A stretch of DNA of 64,000 bases from assembly GCA_030141605.1 (NCBI GenBank), contig JAQGDQ010000050.1, positions 755,971 to 819,970 of the forward strand. Reading direction: 5' to 3'. The translations under genes were made by a program, and so were the position numbers. This DNA comes from Tubiluchus corallicola. Its lineage: Eukaryota; Animalia; Priapulida. Numbering within the stretch: the stretch's first letter is position 1; each line of letters opens with the position of its first letter. The notes under the pieces were generated by a model. That model made no database searches. It worked only from the letters and a program-made list of their open reading frames with translations, and had not been told where the DNA came from. Positions 1 through 11,491 of the stretch are shown piece after piece.

Positions 1-868
1 AAAAAGGATATAAGAACGCTCTTGTAGTTCTCCTTTAGATGAGCGTAATAAAAGACAATGAGAGAAAAAAATCACATGGAATTATTAGAACTATTAAACT
101 AATTTTTTTTAATGAAAATAAAAAGGATATAAGAACGCTCTTGTATCCTTTTTAATGTGATATCCTTTTTATGTTAACAAAATAAACAAAAACTCCCAAA
201 AAATTACTTTACTGGTTTGAAACAATGTGTCCTTTCTTTCTATTTCCTTGTTTTTAAATTTGGGATTTTTTTTTTTATTCATGGTATGAAATGGCTTTCT
301 CTAGAAACATAAATTAAGGTAAAAATGCGGCAGTAAAGCCTGTTACATCCCTCTGAATATCTTATCGAGATACATTATTATAGAGTTCTCTGTTTGTTTT
401 TGTTTAACTAAATATATTTGGCTGACAAACAATTGCATGTCTTACATTGTGCACTGATTATTTTTAATTTTCTTTCAGTTTTATGGACATCAATATGTTG
501 CGATCAATAAGTAACTTCATCGTGAACCATAGATGTTTTTCAATTGTATAAATCGTGTATAATTGAGTGGCTTGCCATCAGCCACGGCTTCTAAGGTCTC
601 CCTTCATTATCTTTTTTTAATAACAGTGACCATTTTCACATAAATATTTTTTACTTTACTGATTATATATCGTATTTCAAAACTAATGTGATTATTGATA
701 TACGTTAAACCAATAACTTATTTTGAAATTTGAATTTGAAATTTGAATGTCTACTGGGTTTTTGTTCAAATTATTTTTATTCCGGCAGCTTACCCGAATT
801 GTCGATTGTGAACTGTTACTCAACTGCAGTACTGTAAATGCAAGGTAGCTTTGTCAATCCATAATTGA

Positions 869-952
869 TGTAAAAACACATTTATTATTACCCTAGTTTT
901 CTTAGCTTTGGTGTAAAAACACATTTATTATTACCCTAGTTTTCTTAGCTTT
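869..952 (+). repeat. Tandem duplication, 41-bp unit, period 43
   Basis: TGTAAAAACACATTTATTATTACCCTAGTTTTCTTAGCTTT twice. Confidence 0.9.
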
Positions 953-2938
953 CTGGCAACCAAACTACAGAATGTAGTCATGTGTTTTGGCTAGGTGATC
1001 GTCGATTTACTTAGATCTATTAGAATAGCTGCTTAACTGTGCTTTTTTACACTGTACGCTACACTTGGTACCAGTTTTAGTTTTTACTATGTTGAGGTTC
1101 ATCTTATTTTTTGACATTCATTGATTTATACTGTTCAGATCGTTCTGCAGTTTTGGTTGTTTTTCACAGAATGTTGTTCAGCTAAGTGGTGTAGAAATGT
1201 ATTGTACATTTTGTCCTTTTGATAGTAGTTCGTGAATTAATGAATTCCGTGCCGCCGTTATTCATTTCCAACGCTGTTTCATTATTCGTTTTGTCGGCAT
1301 ACATTTCTAACAATGTTTCAGTTTTAAGGGAGATTGGTGCTATGCAGTCAAAACAATATTGGCACTATGATGAACTTGGTGAACTCCAGAGTTTGCTGCC
1401 TTTTAGTTTTAGTTCTAGATAAGTTGATAACCATTGTACGGTCATGTTTCTGATATATCAGAAGATACTATACTACTGTAGTAAGTAGTATTGTTTGTAA
1501 TATACCATTATTTAGTTATGTACCAATACTATTCTAATTGTAAACTAGTAATTTTTGTGATCTAGCATGTCAAGTGTTTGTTTAAGGTTAAAAGTAACTG
1601 CAAAACGCCTGTTAGTGTAAATGATCATCTATTCAAACTACTTACTCAATTCTCAAACTTGACAGTGCTATGGTATTGAAGAGTTTCGATTGGTTTTCAG
1701 ACAGAAGATCATTACAGTCTACAGGTATATAGCTGTCCAACTCATCAAAGATTACTAATTTTTAAGTAATTTTGTTAACAATAAGTAGGTTGGGTAAAAT
1801 GGATATTGGAGATTGACCTACAATGCTTAGGCTGTTCCTAATACACCTGTGTTTATGTAACAAATCACATAATTTGCTTGAATGTGGCAAATGTAGCAAA
1901 CACGGTGTAACGAAAATGATACATTATGTGACAAATTAATGCTTGGTCGTGGTCTGGCTTTGCTCGAATTATTGAACTGTGTTAGTTCCTTTCTCTTCTA
2001 GGTGTGGGTTCTGTCTGAAGTCTGATCATCTGATCTACCTTTAAGGGGTCTACCCTTTAGAGGCCCAGATAGACTAAGGGCAAAACCAGACCATTGATAG
2101 ATCAGGCTCTAGACAGATAAACCACAGATCAGACTTCTGATAGATCCACAGTATAGTAATTTCTCTCGTGGTGGATTCTAATTCTGGAATTCGAATTCTA
2201 GAATCCTCTTCTCGTAGTTCATTAGTATACTCACTACCTTGGATAGATCAAATCTCGAGCAGACCAAATGTCAAACGTACCAGCCGGACCTACGACTAGG
2301 CCGGGAACAAACTGGCCAGTTCCTATAACTATTACTCACAATACTTTGGATAGGTCAAATCTCTAGCAGACCACACTTCAGACAGACCAGCCAGATCAAC
2401 GTCCAGTCCTATAGCAAAACCAGACCGAAATCAAGAAGCTGCATTTTATTCACTGTCGTTTTTCACATGTTTGCAGTACCAGTATAACGGTGCTGTTTTG
2501 CAAGTAAGCTGGAGATACCATGGTTGAGAAGTCGCAGATTTGTTTACTGTATAGGGCTCGATTCTGTAAGAGCGATCAGTAAAAATGTTGAAGACAACTT
2601 GTATGTAAACGTTGTGTATATGAATATATGTGAATCGGTCTTACGTTTTAAATTTTTATTCATTGACGCCTTAAGTCTCCTCGCCTGAACAATTACTTAC
2701 TACATTTATTTACACTAAACTTTGTGTATTGGAAGTATAAACTTTGCGAATTTGCAGTAATACCGCTTACAGGGCAGTGTACTATGCACGTACAGTAATT
2801 TGACAGTTGGCCTTGAAATTATTTGATAGACCTGATTAAGTGACTCGAAACTTTCAAGTTTCACTAACGTTAATTGAAAAGATCTCTGCAAAGACATCTG
2901 CAGAATTTATAATTACAGTGAAAGGCTTTAATGACGTG

Positions 2939-3178
2939 TGACGTCACTAGCGTACTACTCGAGTTGTGGGGGCTGTTAAGTGTCAAAAGGTCATTGTACT
3001 GCGAGCTGCGAGGGTTGTAGTCAATGAAATTCTTTTAGTAAATTATTTTATACCTTAAGCCCATGCGTGAAGAATTGAATAAGTGATTTTGGACAAGTTT
3101 GTGAAGTTTCTTGTTACCTTAATTTTGTCCCGAATTTGTAATTAAGGAATGGCATCGAAAGGCGTAATAGTGACGTCA
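2939..3178 (+). promoter_or_regulatory. Two perfect CRE palindromes (TGACGTCA), candidate SPSB promoter or first-exon region
   Basis: TGACGTCA at 2939-2946 and 3171-3178. Donor-like AAG|GTAAAT at 3238/3239. Confidence 0.3.
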
Positions 3179-6100
3179 GCGCTATTTCAAATTCAACTAG
3201 TTTGTGTTGTTCCCTTTCTTATCACGAGCACTTGTAAGGTAAATGAGATTATGAGCAGTTGATTCCACCACTTTCCATCTGTTTGTGATTTAATTATTTA
3301 TTTTCGCATAACATACGATTAAAATACATAATTGTAAAATACATAGGCTTATCTGTACGTGAAGCAGCTCAATATAGCTGCACCTGCAGTTAAGCTAGTA
3401 ACATTAATGGTTGTGCAATGACTCTGTCAAAGGACACCTTTTTCAGAACTGATGTAAAATGGGCATTTTACAGTTTGTATTGAATACACAAGAAACCACA
3501 TTGGAGCTTCCCATTGTTGATCTTCACGTTTCATTTTGGTTGAAATGTACTTTCTATATTTACATTGTCTTGTGCATTATTTACTTTCTACTGTATTGGT
3601 ATAATACTGTATTTTGCTTTTCAAGATTAAACTAAACATAATGGTTTACGTCTTTACGACCATTTACCCAGACATAGCTAGGAGGGCAAGTGTGTGTTTC
3701 TGCTGGGGCTGTCTAGCTTAGATTTTATTTACAAATATATCACGAGCTTGACGTCTTAATCCAGTTATCAAATTTTAAAGCCACAGTGCGTCTACTTCGT
3801 GCAATAAAGTTAATGCTTAGAGGTAAGTTTACATTTAACTTTATTACCTACATCCCTTGATAATGGGATCCCATTATCTTAGGGGTAAGAGGTTTATTGT
3901 CGCTACACAACGAGTTAATTTACGTCATATTTTACATAATAGATGATAGTGCATATTGTAATTTTGGCTATACACAGTGTATTTTTGAAGAGGATGTAAT
4001 GTCGAAATATTAAACAAATTTAAACCAAAAATGCGCCAAATTTACTGCAACAACTGTGGTTTATTCATTTATTTGCGTGGTATAACGTCATATTTTGTTA
4101 ACGACCAAGAGAGAGTGGTTGGATTTCGTCGTTTCCTGGTAGCGCATTTTTCAGGTATCAATAGGTTGCAAAGTCATTGCCCAGAGATAACGCTTCTCAC
4201 GTTTTAAATAAGAGATGTTTTGCCAAATTTTTACTTGAATTAGTTATTGCTGTCAGTACTATGTTGTAAGTTGTAAGTCTAAAATAAACGCATAAGCAAA
4301 TACAAAAAGCACACTAGTTAATGAAGATTGGTGTTGGCAACCTGCTATCCTTAAATGAAAACCATAACACTATTTTGATATGATGTAGGTTGGTTAATGC
4401 ATTTTGACTTGTTAACGTTATGGTCGCACATTTTTCATATTCGCTTCTTGGAAAGCTGATGTTTTGTTGTTATTTGTATTGGAATGTTCAAAACAAGTTT
4501 GACAGCATCACCGTCCAAGCACAATCCACTTGACTTGCTAGCTTCCATGCTACTCGTAACCTAGGAATTTTGAGTTACCTAGCTTCAGAATGTAGAATCT
4601 AACCCTTTAAAAAGCAGTCTTGGTATGTATGCTCATAACATTTTTTATATGACATACTCAAACGTACTTTATATTGCTGTACATACATACATACATTTGC
4701 TAAAACCTTTTTTGTTTTTTGTGACGAATAATCAAATAAAAGTGTCAAGCATTTTTATCCTAGTTATTATAATCGTTGGATATCATGTAGGTTAAGTTTT
4801 GCATTGAATTCGGTTATAGTAAAAACTGTATTTTATGCAGCTTGTTGTACGTTCCTTGAACACGGTTCCACTCCTGCGCAATAGTAACCATACCGAACTA
4901 CTCATTTAGTTTTTACCTTGAAGTCTGCTTGCGAAATAACTCACCTTTGGCCTTTAATATGCAGATCGCCTTGCTCGTTTGCCCTTCGGGGAGTTCACTA
5001 GTATGACCCGAATTTCTGTGACCTCAACTGACTGGTTGTTGACACCATTGGTTAGTCTAGTTTTTCGAGGAATTTAACAAGTTAACCCTTGCTGGAAACT
5101 CCCGCGTTTCTAACATTGTTATATGTCGATCGATGAGTATGTCCTGCGTGATCTATGAGGAATTAAAGCTGAGGTATCCTTTGTTTCGTGGGCGTAAGTG
5201 ATTCTTTCATTCTTCCTGCGTTCCATAGTAATTACATCTTTTTTAGAGAATACCCTTGCGACTAAGGATAATCTTGTTATTGGTGCTAAGTTTAACCTTG
5301 AAACTTGATTAAGACCCTTTAGAACTCACTGTAAATTGTAATATTTTTCTGTTCCTAGTTGCTTCCTGCATTTTTGGAAACTTTCCGAAACTAAAAGACA
5401 GAATTGTTGTGGCCGTGTTGCGTTTGTATAAAGTAAACGTAACCAACAGTTCTTTCAGTAATCAGGTAGCCAAACTGTTTGCTTCGTTATAAAAATCTGT
5501 TATAATCCGTAATGTAACGGTCGCATGTAACGACAGCAAGTCAGCCGGGATTAATAATCAGAGATTTTTATATTCGCACACTCTGCTTTCGTTTCGTCTA
5601 ATTTGCTATCTTTGACAAACATAATTGGCAGAGCAATTAATAATGGGATAATTAGTAAAATCGTGAATTCCATGTTTGTGCTATTGTTCATTGGCGTTTG
5701 AGATAACTCGGATGAGTCACGTTTTTCTTGTGTACGCTTTATTTATTACTGCACAGCTTAGTTACTTTTCACTGGGGATGAAAAAGAATAAAGTCAACCG
5801 TGTTTAAATTTTATTGCATACTCATGACAGCTTTTGGAAAGACTGGAAACAAGTTGACGTACAAAATTTTAATTTTATTTTTTTCACCTCGTACACGTTG
5901 TGTCTTAAGTAGCAGCTGTCTTTAATGTCACAGACACAAATTACTATTTACAAAAACTAACAAAAAGATTATTTACATAACTAATTATTCATTAAAAATA
6001 CGTTAAAATTTCATTCCAGTAGACAAAAATCTTAGAGTGCTCAATAAAACGTCAGTCGATAACAGCGATAATATTGTCGTTGTTTTAAAACTATATGTAA

Positions 6101-8496
6101 TATGCTTTTCAAAATTAATATGGCCATTAGTAAACTGGTAAGTCTAACTCTTCGCCTGGAACTGTTTTACACGATTGTCCAATGTCCACCACTGTGGTGG
6201 TATTTTGAAGTCGATGACATGTCCTTTGACAGAGGAATGCTGCATAAATACGCGCCTGGAGTAAAACATGTTTATGTTTAAGCTCAGCGTTGCTAAAGCG
6301 GCTATTAAGAGTTCTTCAAATTCCTGGTGAGGTCTTGAAATTCTTGGAATTTATTTTCTTGGACTACGAAAGCTTTATTTTAGTTAACCAAGCCAACATC
6401 TTGGTTACAAACTTTAATTTGCAAAAAATGGGCTAGTGCTGCTATGCTTTCGATTTTGTGTTTGCTAACTAGTTGGATTTGGAAATGTTTACAAATGTTT
6501 GTGTCGTCCGGTAAAGGTGTGAAGTTTTGTGATACACATGTAATAATAATAACTAATACATTGAAAACGTGTTCGCTGTTCTAAGTTTAACGTCAATGAC
6601 ACCCGGGGCTGATCACAAAAAATTCAGTTTCCCTTTTACTTGACGATCCTAAAAATTGTATTTAAATAAAATTGAAACTTGAATTTTAAATATGCGAAAG
6701 TGCACGTCGTCTGGTCTTGTATGCCAATAAGAACCAAACTAAGATGACAATGATAGTGCCTAAACTTCGAGGATCATGATTTGTTCATTGTCATAGTGTT
6801 TGTGTTCTGTGCTTTTTAAAACGCAAATGAAAATTGTCTAGAGTGCAGTTTGCGTCGGAATCGACAATAATAAAAGTGCAAAAATGCGAGAGGTTCAGGT
6901 GGTTATGAGAACGTATAATTTTTCAACGCAACAAAATGAACAAATAACATGTTACTTTTTTTAGAAGACGCCATGAATGAATGAGTGAACTGCACATTAA
7001 TCTTATTGATTTATCTTTGCGTGACAAACCATGGTAACGTTTCGCATGCTGTACCAAGCGTGGTAGTTTAAGGAAAATCAATGTAGTCATTTTTGTTTCA
7101 TGGCAGCTTAATCTGGCGCATGAGCGAATTCATTGTAAAAACCATAACTAACAGAGTTGTGCCAAAAACTGCAATTTGAACTAATACATTATCTTGCCTC
7201 TTTTTGCGAATAGGATCCCTAAAAGCAATCAGATTTTGCAGAAACCGAAGTAAACTGCGCCCAAAATTCAGAAACAGTAGAATATCGTGCAGAGTTGTAG
7301 TTTGCCTGTAATATTAAGTCATAGCAAGAGGTTAGAGACGAAATGCACTTAGGATAGCAATTTTCCATTATCCCCGAAGGGTTGCTGCTTGTTCATTTTC
7401 CTCATAGACTTTGATCTGAGGTCAAAAGCTGAATTTTAGAATTTACTTGGCTAATTTAGTTATGTGCAAGGCCCACAATCTTTTCAAGTTACGTGTCTAT
7501 ACTTCTTGGAAGCCACGCTGAACCCTGCAGAGTCAGCATGGTGTTGTGCTAGCGCACAGCTGCAGCTGCAGATATACAGCATTTGCGAAAATTAAATGCA
7601 AAGAATAAATCAATACGTATCTTGTAGATGGTTCCCCTGAACTGGGTGAACAAAGGGTATTAACCATGCAGAGTCAGTGTCAGTCTATTGATCCATTGGG
7701 CTGCTCTTGCTGTACTAGATACGTATTATGTATCTAAATCAGTAATGTCATTCACTTCTATATATACATAATAAATGCGCCGGTAATATGCCAGTGCTGA
7801 AAGCCTTGTGTTGTGTCTGTCTGTTGGTAGTCTCACAAATTGATTAGGTGCCGTTAAATATGCCAATGACCCTTTTCTCTGTAACTCCAAGTCGATATTT
7901 TGTCCCTTGTAAGTTGTAAATGACTCTGACGAAATAGTTTACAGCCATAATTCGTGAAGTAGTTTGGATTATTTCCTGAGCCTTAGACCAAACATGTTCT
8001 GATCGCATTTGAACCGCACATATGCCTCATTATGCAAAGTGCGTTGTCATACCAAAAACGCCCGAAAGGGTTAGGAAAGTTAGAAATAATTGCTGTCCAT
8101 TAAAAAGTTTAGTGTGAGGACAACTGGTAAATTATTATGGCACACAGGCCACACTTGTTGCACGAAGTTGCAGTTACTATGTCACTACAACTGATTTTGA
8201 ACATTTTTGCTTTGTTGCACTTTTTCAGATTTGTTTCCATATATTGCTTTTTTATTACTTAAGTATAAGAATACTTGCATATGCCCTGAAAATATTTGTA
8301 GAATTGAAGTAGAATTGGTCATTAACTTGTTTCTTAACTTTCTTTTGCAGATGATGCTCATGAAAGAACGTAAAACAATGTTGTTGAATTGAATGAATCT
8401 CATATCGTGGGAACTGAACTGATACTACATTAAGTGAAACTGGAGACGACAACTAAGCACCGTCTGCCAACAAGATTACTGCCACCTCCAATGACT

Positions 8497-9196
8497 ATGG
8501 GGCAGAAGGTATCCGGGGGCATAAAGACAATAACGCGAGATTCGACTGTGACTGGTAGGATGCTAAACAAGGACCTGGCCATGATCCAGGATTTTGTGAA
8601 GCCTCCTCGTTTAGATGTGCTTCTTGAAATGCCAGCAGTTTCCAAGCAGGTTCAGGAAGCTCATTCCTGGAACCCTGATGACAGGTCATTGAACATATTT
8701 GTAAAAGATGATGATAAAATCACATTCCATCGCCACCCTGTTGCGCAGAGCACGGACTGCATACGTGGCAGGGTAGGCTACACGCGCGGATTGCATGCGT
8801 GGGAAATACACTGGAGCACGCGGCAACGTGGAACGCACGCTGTAATTGGCGTTGCGACTAAAGATGCTCCACTTCACTCAGTTGGTTACCAATCTCTAGT
8901 CGGTTCTACTTGTGATTCCTGGGGCTGGGATCTTGGCAGAAATAAACTCTACCATGATATGAAGAACAATCCAGGACAAACCTATCCAAGGCTATTAAAC
9001 CCAGACGAGAACTTTGTGGTTCCCGATAAAATGATAGTGGTCTTAGATATGGATGAGGGAACACTGTCGTTTATAGTTGATGGGCAATACTTAGGTGTTG
9101 CATTCCGTGGTTTAAAGGGTAAAAAGGTTTACCCCATTGTGAGTGCCGTCTGGGGACACTGTGAGATTACTATGGTGTATTTAGGCGGACTGGATC
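8497..9196 (+). CDS. SPSB1: SPSB/gustavus coding exon 1 (SPRY/B30.2 domain)
   Basis: Acceptor ttttgcag ends at 8350. ATG 8497 is in strong context (actATGg), with an alternative in-frame ATG at 8491. Donor C|gtaagt at 9196/9197. Confidence 0.95.
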
Positions 9197-9673
9197 GTAA
9201 GTACAGTTACAACTCCTGCAGAAATCGTTTAACAGTTACTTAGTCAAGTTAGTTTAAAAAGCCTAACTGTCTCAACTCTATGGCGCAACCTGCCGGGCCA
9301 TAATCTTTTTATAATTGTCTTGCATTAAAATGTCTCCCAGGCTGGCCTTTTATAATTGCTCAGATTTAGCTGCATAACCCCAATCTAATTGCCCGGGTAA
9401 TACTTTAATTATTTTTTTATCTCACACCTGGCCTGGAATTTTATATAGTATCCGTACATTCATATACTTACCCAACACAGGCCTAACATATTTTTTTAAT
9501 TTAAAACGTAAAACGCAATAATTATTATAACATTGTCTTTTCGGCGACAATGCAGCCATGTTTTTCTATGAATATCTCTCGACCAGGGTTGCCGTTTTGT
9601 GTAATGCTGATTGTCATGTTGGGGGGCTAAAAAATATCATATTTTCTGCCAGATCAGCATTTTAATGGTAGGG

Positions 9674-10028
9674 TAGTGTTGCCACTTGTACCACAATTAT
9701 CATAACAAACGTTCATACTGTATGATAATCGATAATATATGACAATTTAGTAATGCGGAACAAAAAACTAAAAAACGAGGCGTGAAAATAAGTGCATTGA
9801 AAAAATTTAAAATATTACTGCTAACCAATAGGTGATAAACAAACTTTGATTTAAATTGATTTTAAATCTTGCACTATTCAGCTTTGAACATTCACAAAGC
9901 TTGAATTTTTTTTTTCTTTTAAAATTTCCTCCCTACTGGACATATTTTGAGCTCATGGGGTAAGACAGAAACAAATTTTTTGTGGCCAAGATCAGTTTTG
10001 GAAAAAAAAGCATGACGTGGCAACACTG
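9674..10028. mobile_element. hAT-type MITE remnant in the SPSB intron
   Basis: TAGTGTTGCCAC...GTGGCAACACTG inverted termini. No TSD found. Confidence 0.45.
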
Positions 10029-11360
10029 TAAGCTGTATGCATGTTTTAAGTAACAACATACGTTTTTGTGAACTTGCCAGCTCATAATGCTTTTTTGTCA
10101 GTAGACAACCTAAAATATGTCACAAGCACTGCTTTCAATTGTTGATGGTACCATTTACTAAAATTATTGGACTAACAAAGACTTTTTTAATTTTTAGAAG
10201 GGACAAAAATTATATATCACTTGATTTGAGACAAATGTTTAAAGTAAGATAGACATAATGTTGATCAAGTTGACATTTGTCTTCATATACAACTTATACG
10301 GGATCACTAGCAAAAAACTATTGATCAGGAAAAGGGAATGCCTGCTTCGTGGTCAAAAAATCTAACATAGTAGATTATGTTAAATATGTGAAACATTGCT
10401 ATAGAAGAACTATGTCAGAATGAAGTAGTTGTGTCTAACATGGTTTCCTAAGCCGAACAAAATTTAGGCTTTTGGCATTTACAGACAGTGCAAGATACGT
10501 ATTATTGTATCACCTAGCAGTCAGAGAAAACTGTCTAACTCATGCATTAATTTAACAGGAGTGCAAATATTTGCTAAATAACTCACATGTAGAGTGCAGG
10601 TAGGAAAGTGATTTCGTATTTGCTACTGTTAGAGCACTTAATTGCCAAATCAATCTGTACTGATGTGCTTTCAGAATGAAATAAAAATAACTTGCTGATT
10701 TTACATTTTCATGAATACGTTTGGCAAATGCTGACCTTCCATGCATGGTCACCTCTAGTTTCCTGGTCATATAAATTCCACAGTCAGCATTCAATAATCA
10801 ATGAAAAGAGATCCTGAGAATGCTGCCCATGAAAGTAGTGACAGAGGTTTTATGTAGCAACAGGCCTTCAATCAGCAAGATTCAAACAGATATATCCACA
10901 GACCCTCACACGCTCACACACAAACTTCGTGAGCTTTTTTGGCAGTACGATATGATAGCAAGTAATGACACACACTGCAGTTCTATGCAAATCCTAGTTC
11001 ATATTTGAAATTAGGTTTCCATATAATTTTGTGGCAGTCAAATCTAACTGCTGTATAATGAATCTTGGATCTGCAATCCTATTAAAGTTTTACAAACAAA
11101 CTAAAACTATTTGTTTTAATCAGTGCATAACTATGTGTACTTTGTCTGCCATTGCTAGCCATGTGTGTACTAGCTGCTAGCATTGAGGAAGTACTAAACC
11201 AATTTTGAATTAATGCAGAATCAACTACACATCCTTAGTAATCAAAAAATAAAAAGTCTAAGTGAACATTTAAAAAGTAGAATTTATTGTTTTTACTATC
11301 AATGTGCTATTTAGCCACATAATATTTGCAAAGACAATTTTAATATTGTTCTTATTTCAG

Positions 11361-11491
11361 CTGAGCCGCTGGCCTTAACGGATATATGTCGTCGTGTAAT
11401 CCGAAAACACCTGGGTCGAGAAAATCTACATGAAATACAGAATCTTGAACTTCCAACGTCTTTGAGAAACTATCTGTTGTACCAGCAGTGA
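11361..11491 (+). CDS. SPSB1: SPSB/gustavus coding exon 2 (SOCS box)
   Basis: Acceptor tatttcag at 11360. Translates PEPLALTDICRRVIRKHLGRENLHEIQNLELPTSLRNYLLYQQ*. Not in the ORF track. Confidence 0.93.

Larger units (their letters stand above)
8497..11491 (+). other. SPSB1: Gene span (CDS): SPRY domain-containing SOCS box protein (SPSB1/4-like, gustavus orthologue), 2 coding exons, 276 aa
   Basis: join(8497..9196,11361..11491) = 831 nt. Starts [10 protein letters not shown], has SPRY motifs [44 protein letters not shown], and a SOCS box in exon 2. Phase-1 GT-AG intron. Confidence 0.95.

Noticed and set aside
1-170. Repeated AAAAGGATATAAGAACGCTCTTGTA (period about 119) with inverted TATCCTTTT
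   Set aside because: Truncated by the window edge. Probably a TE subterminal repeat that cannot be classified here.
8434-8496. GTG-initiated N-terminal extension of SPSB given in the ORF track
   Set aside because: The track uses bacterial start codons. The family N-terminus is MGQK, and an in-frame TAA precedes 8434.
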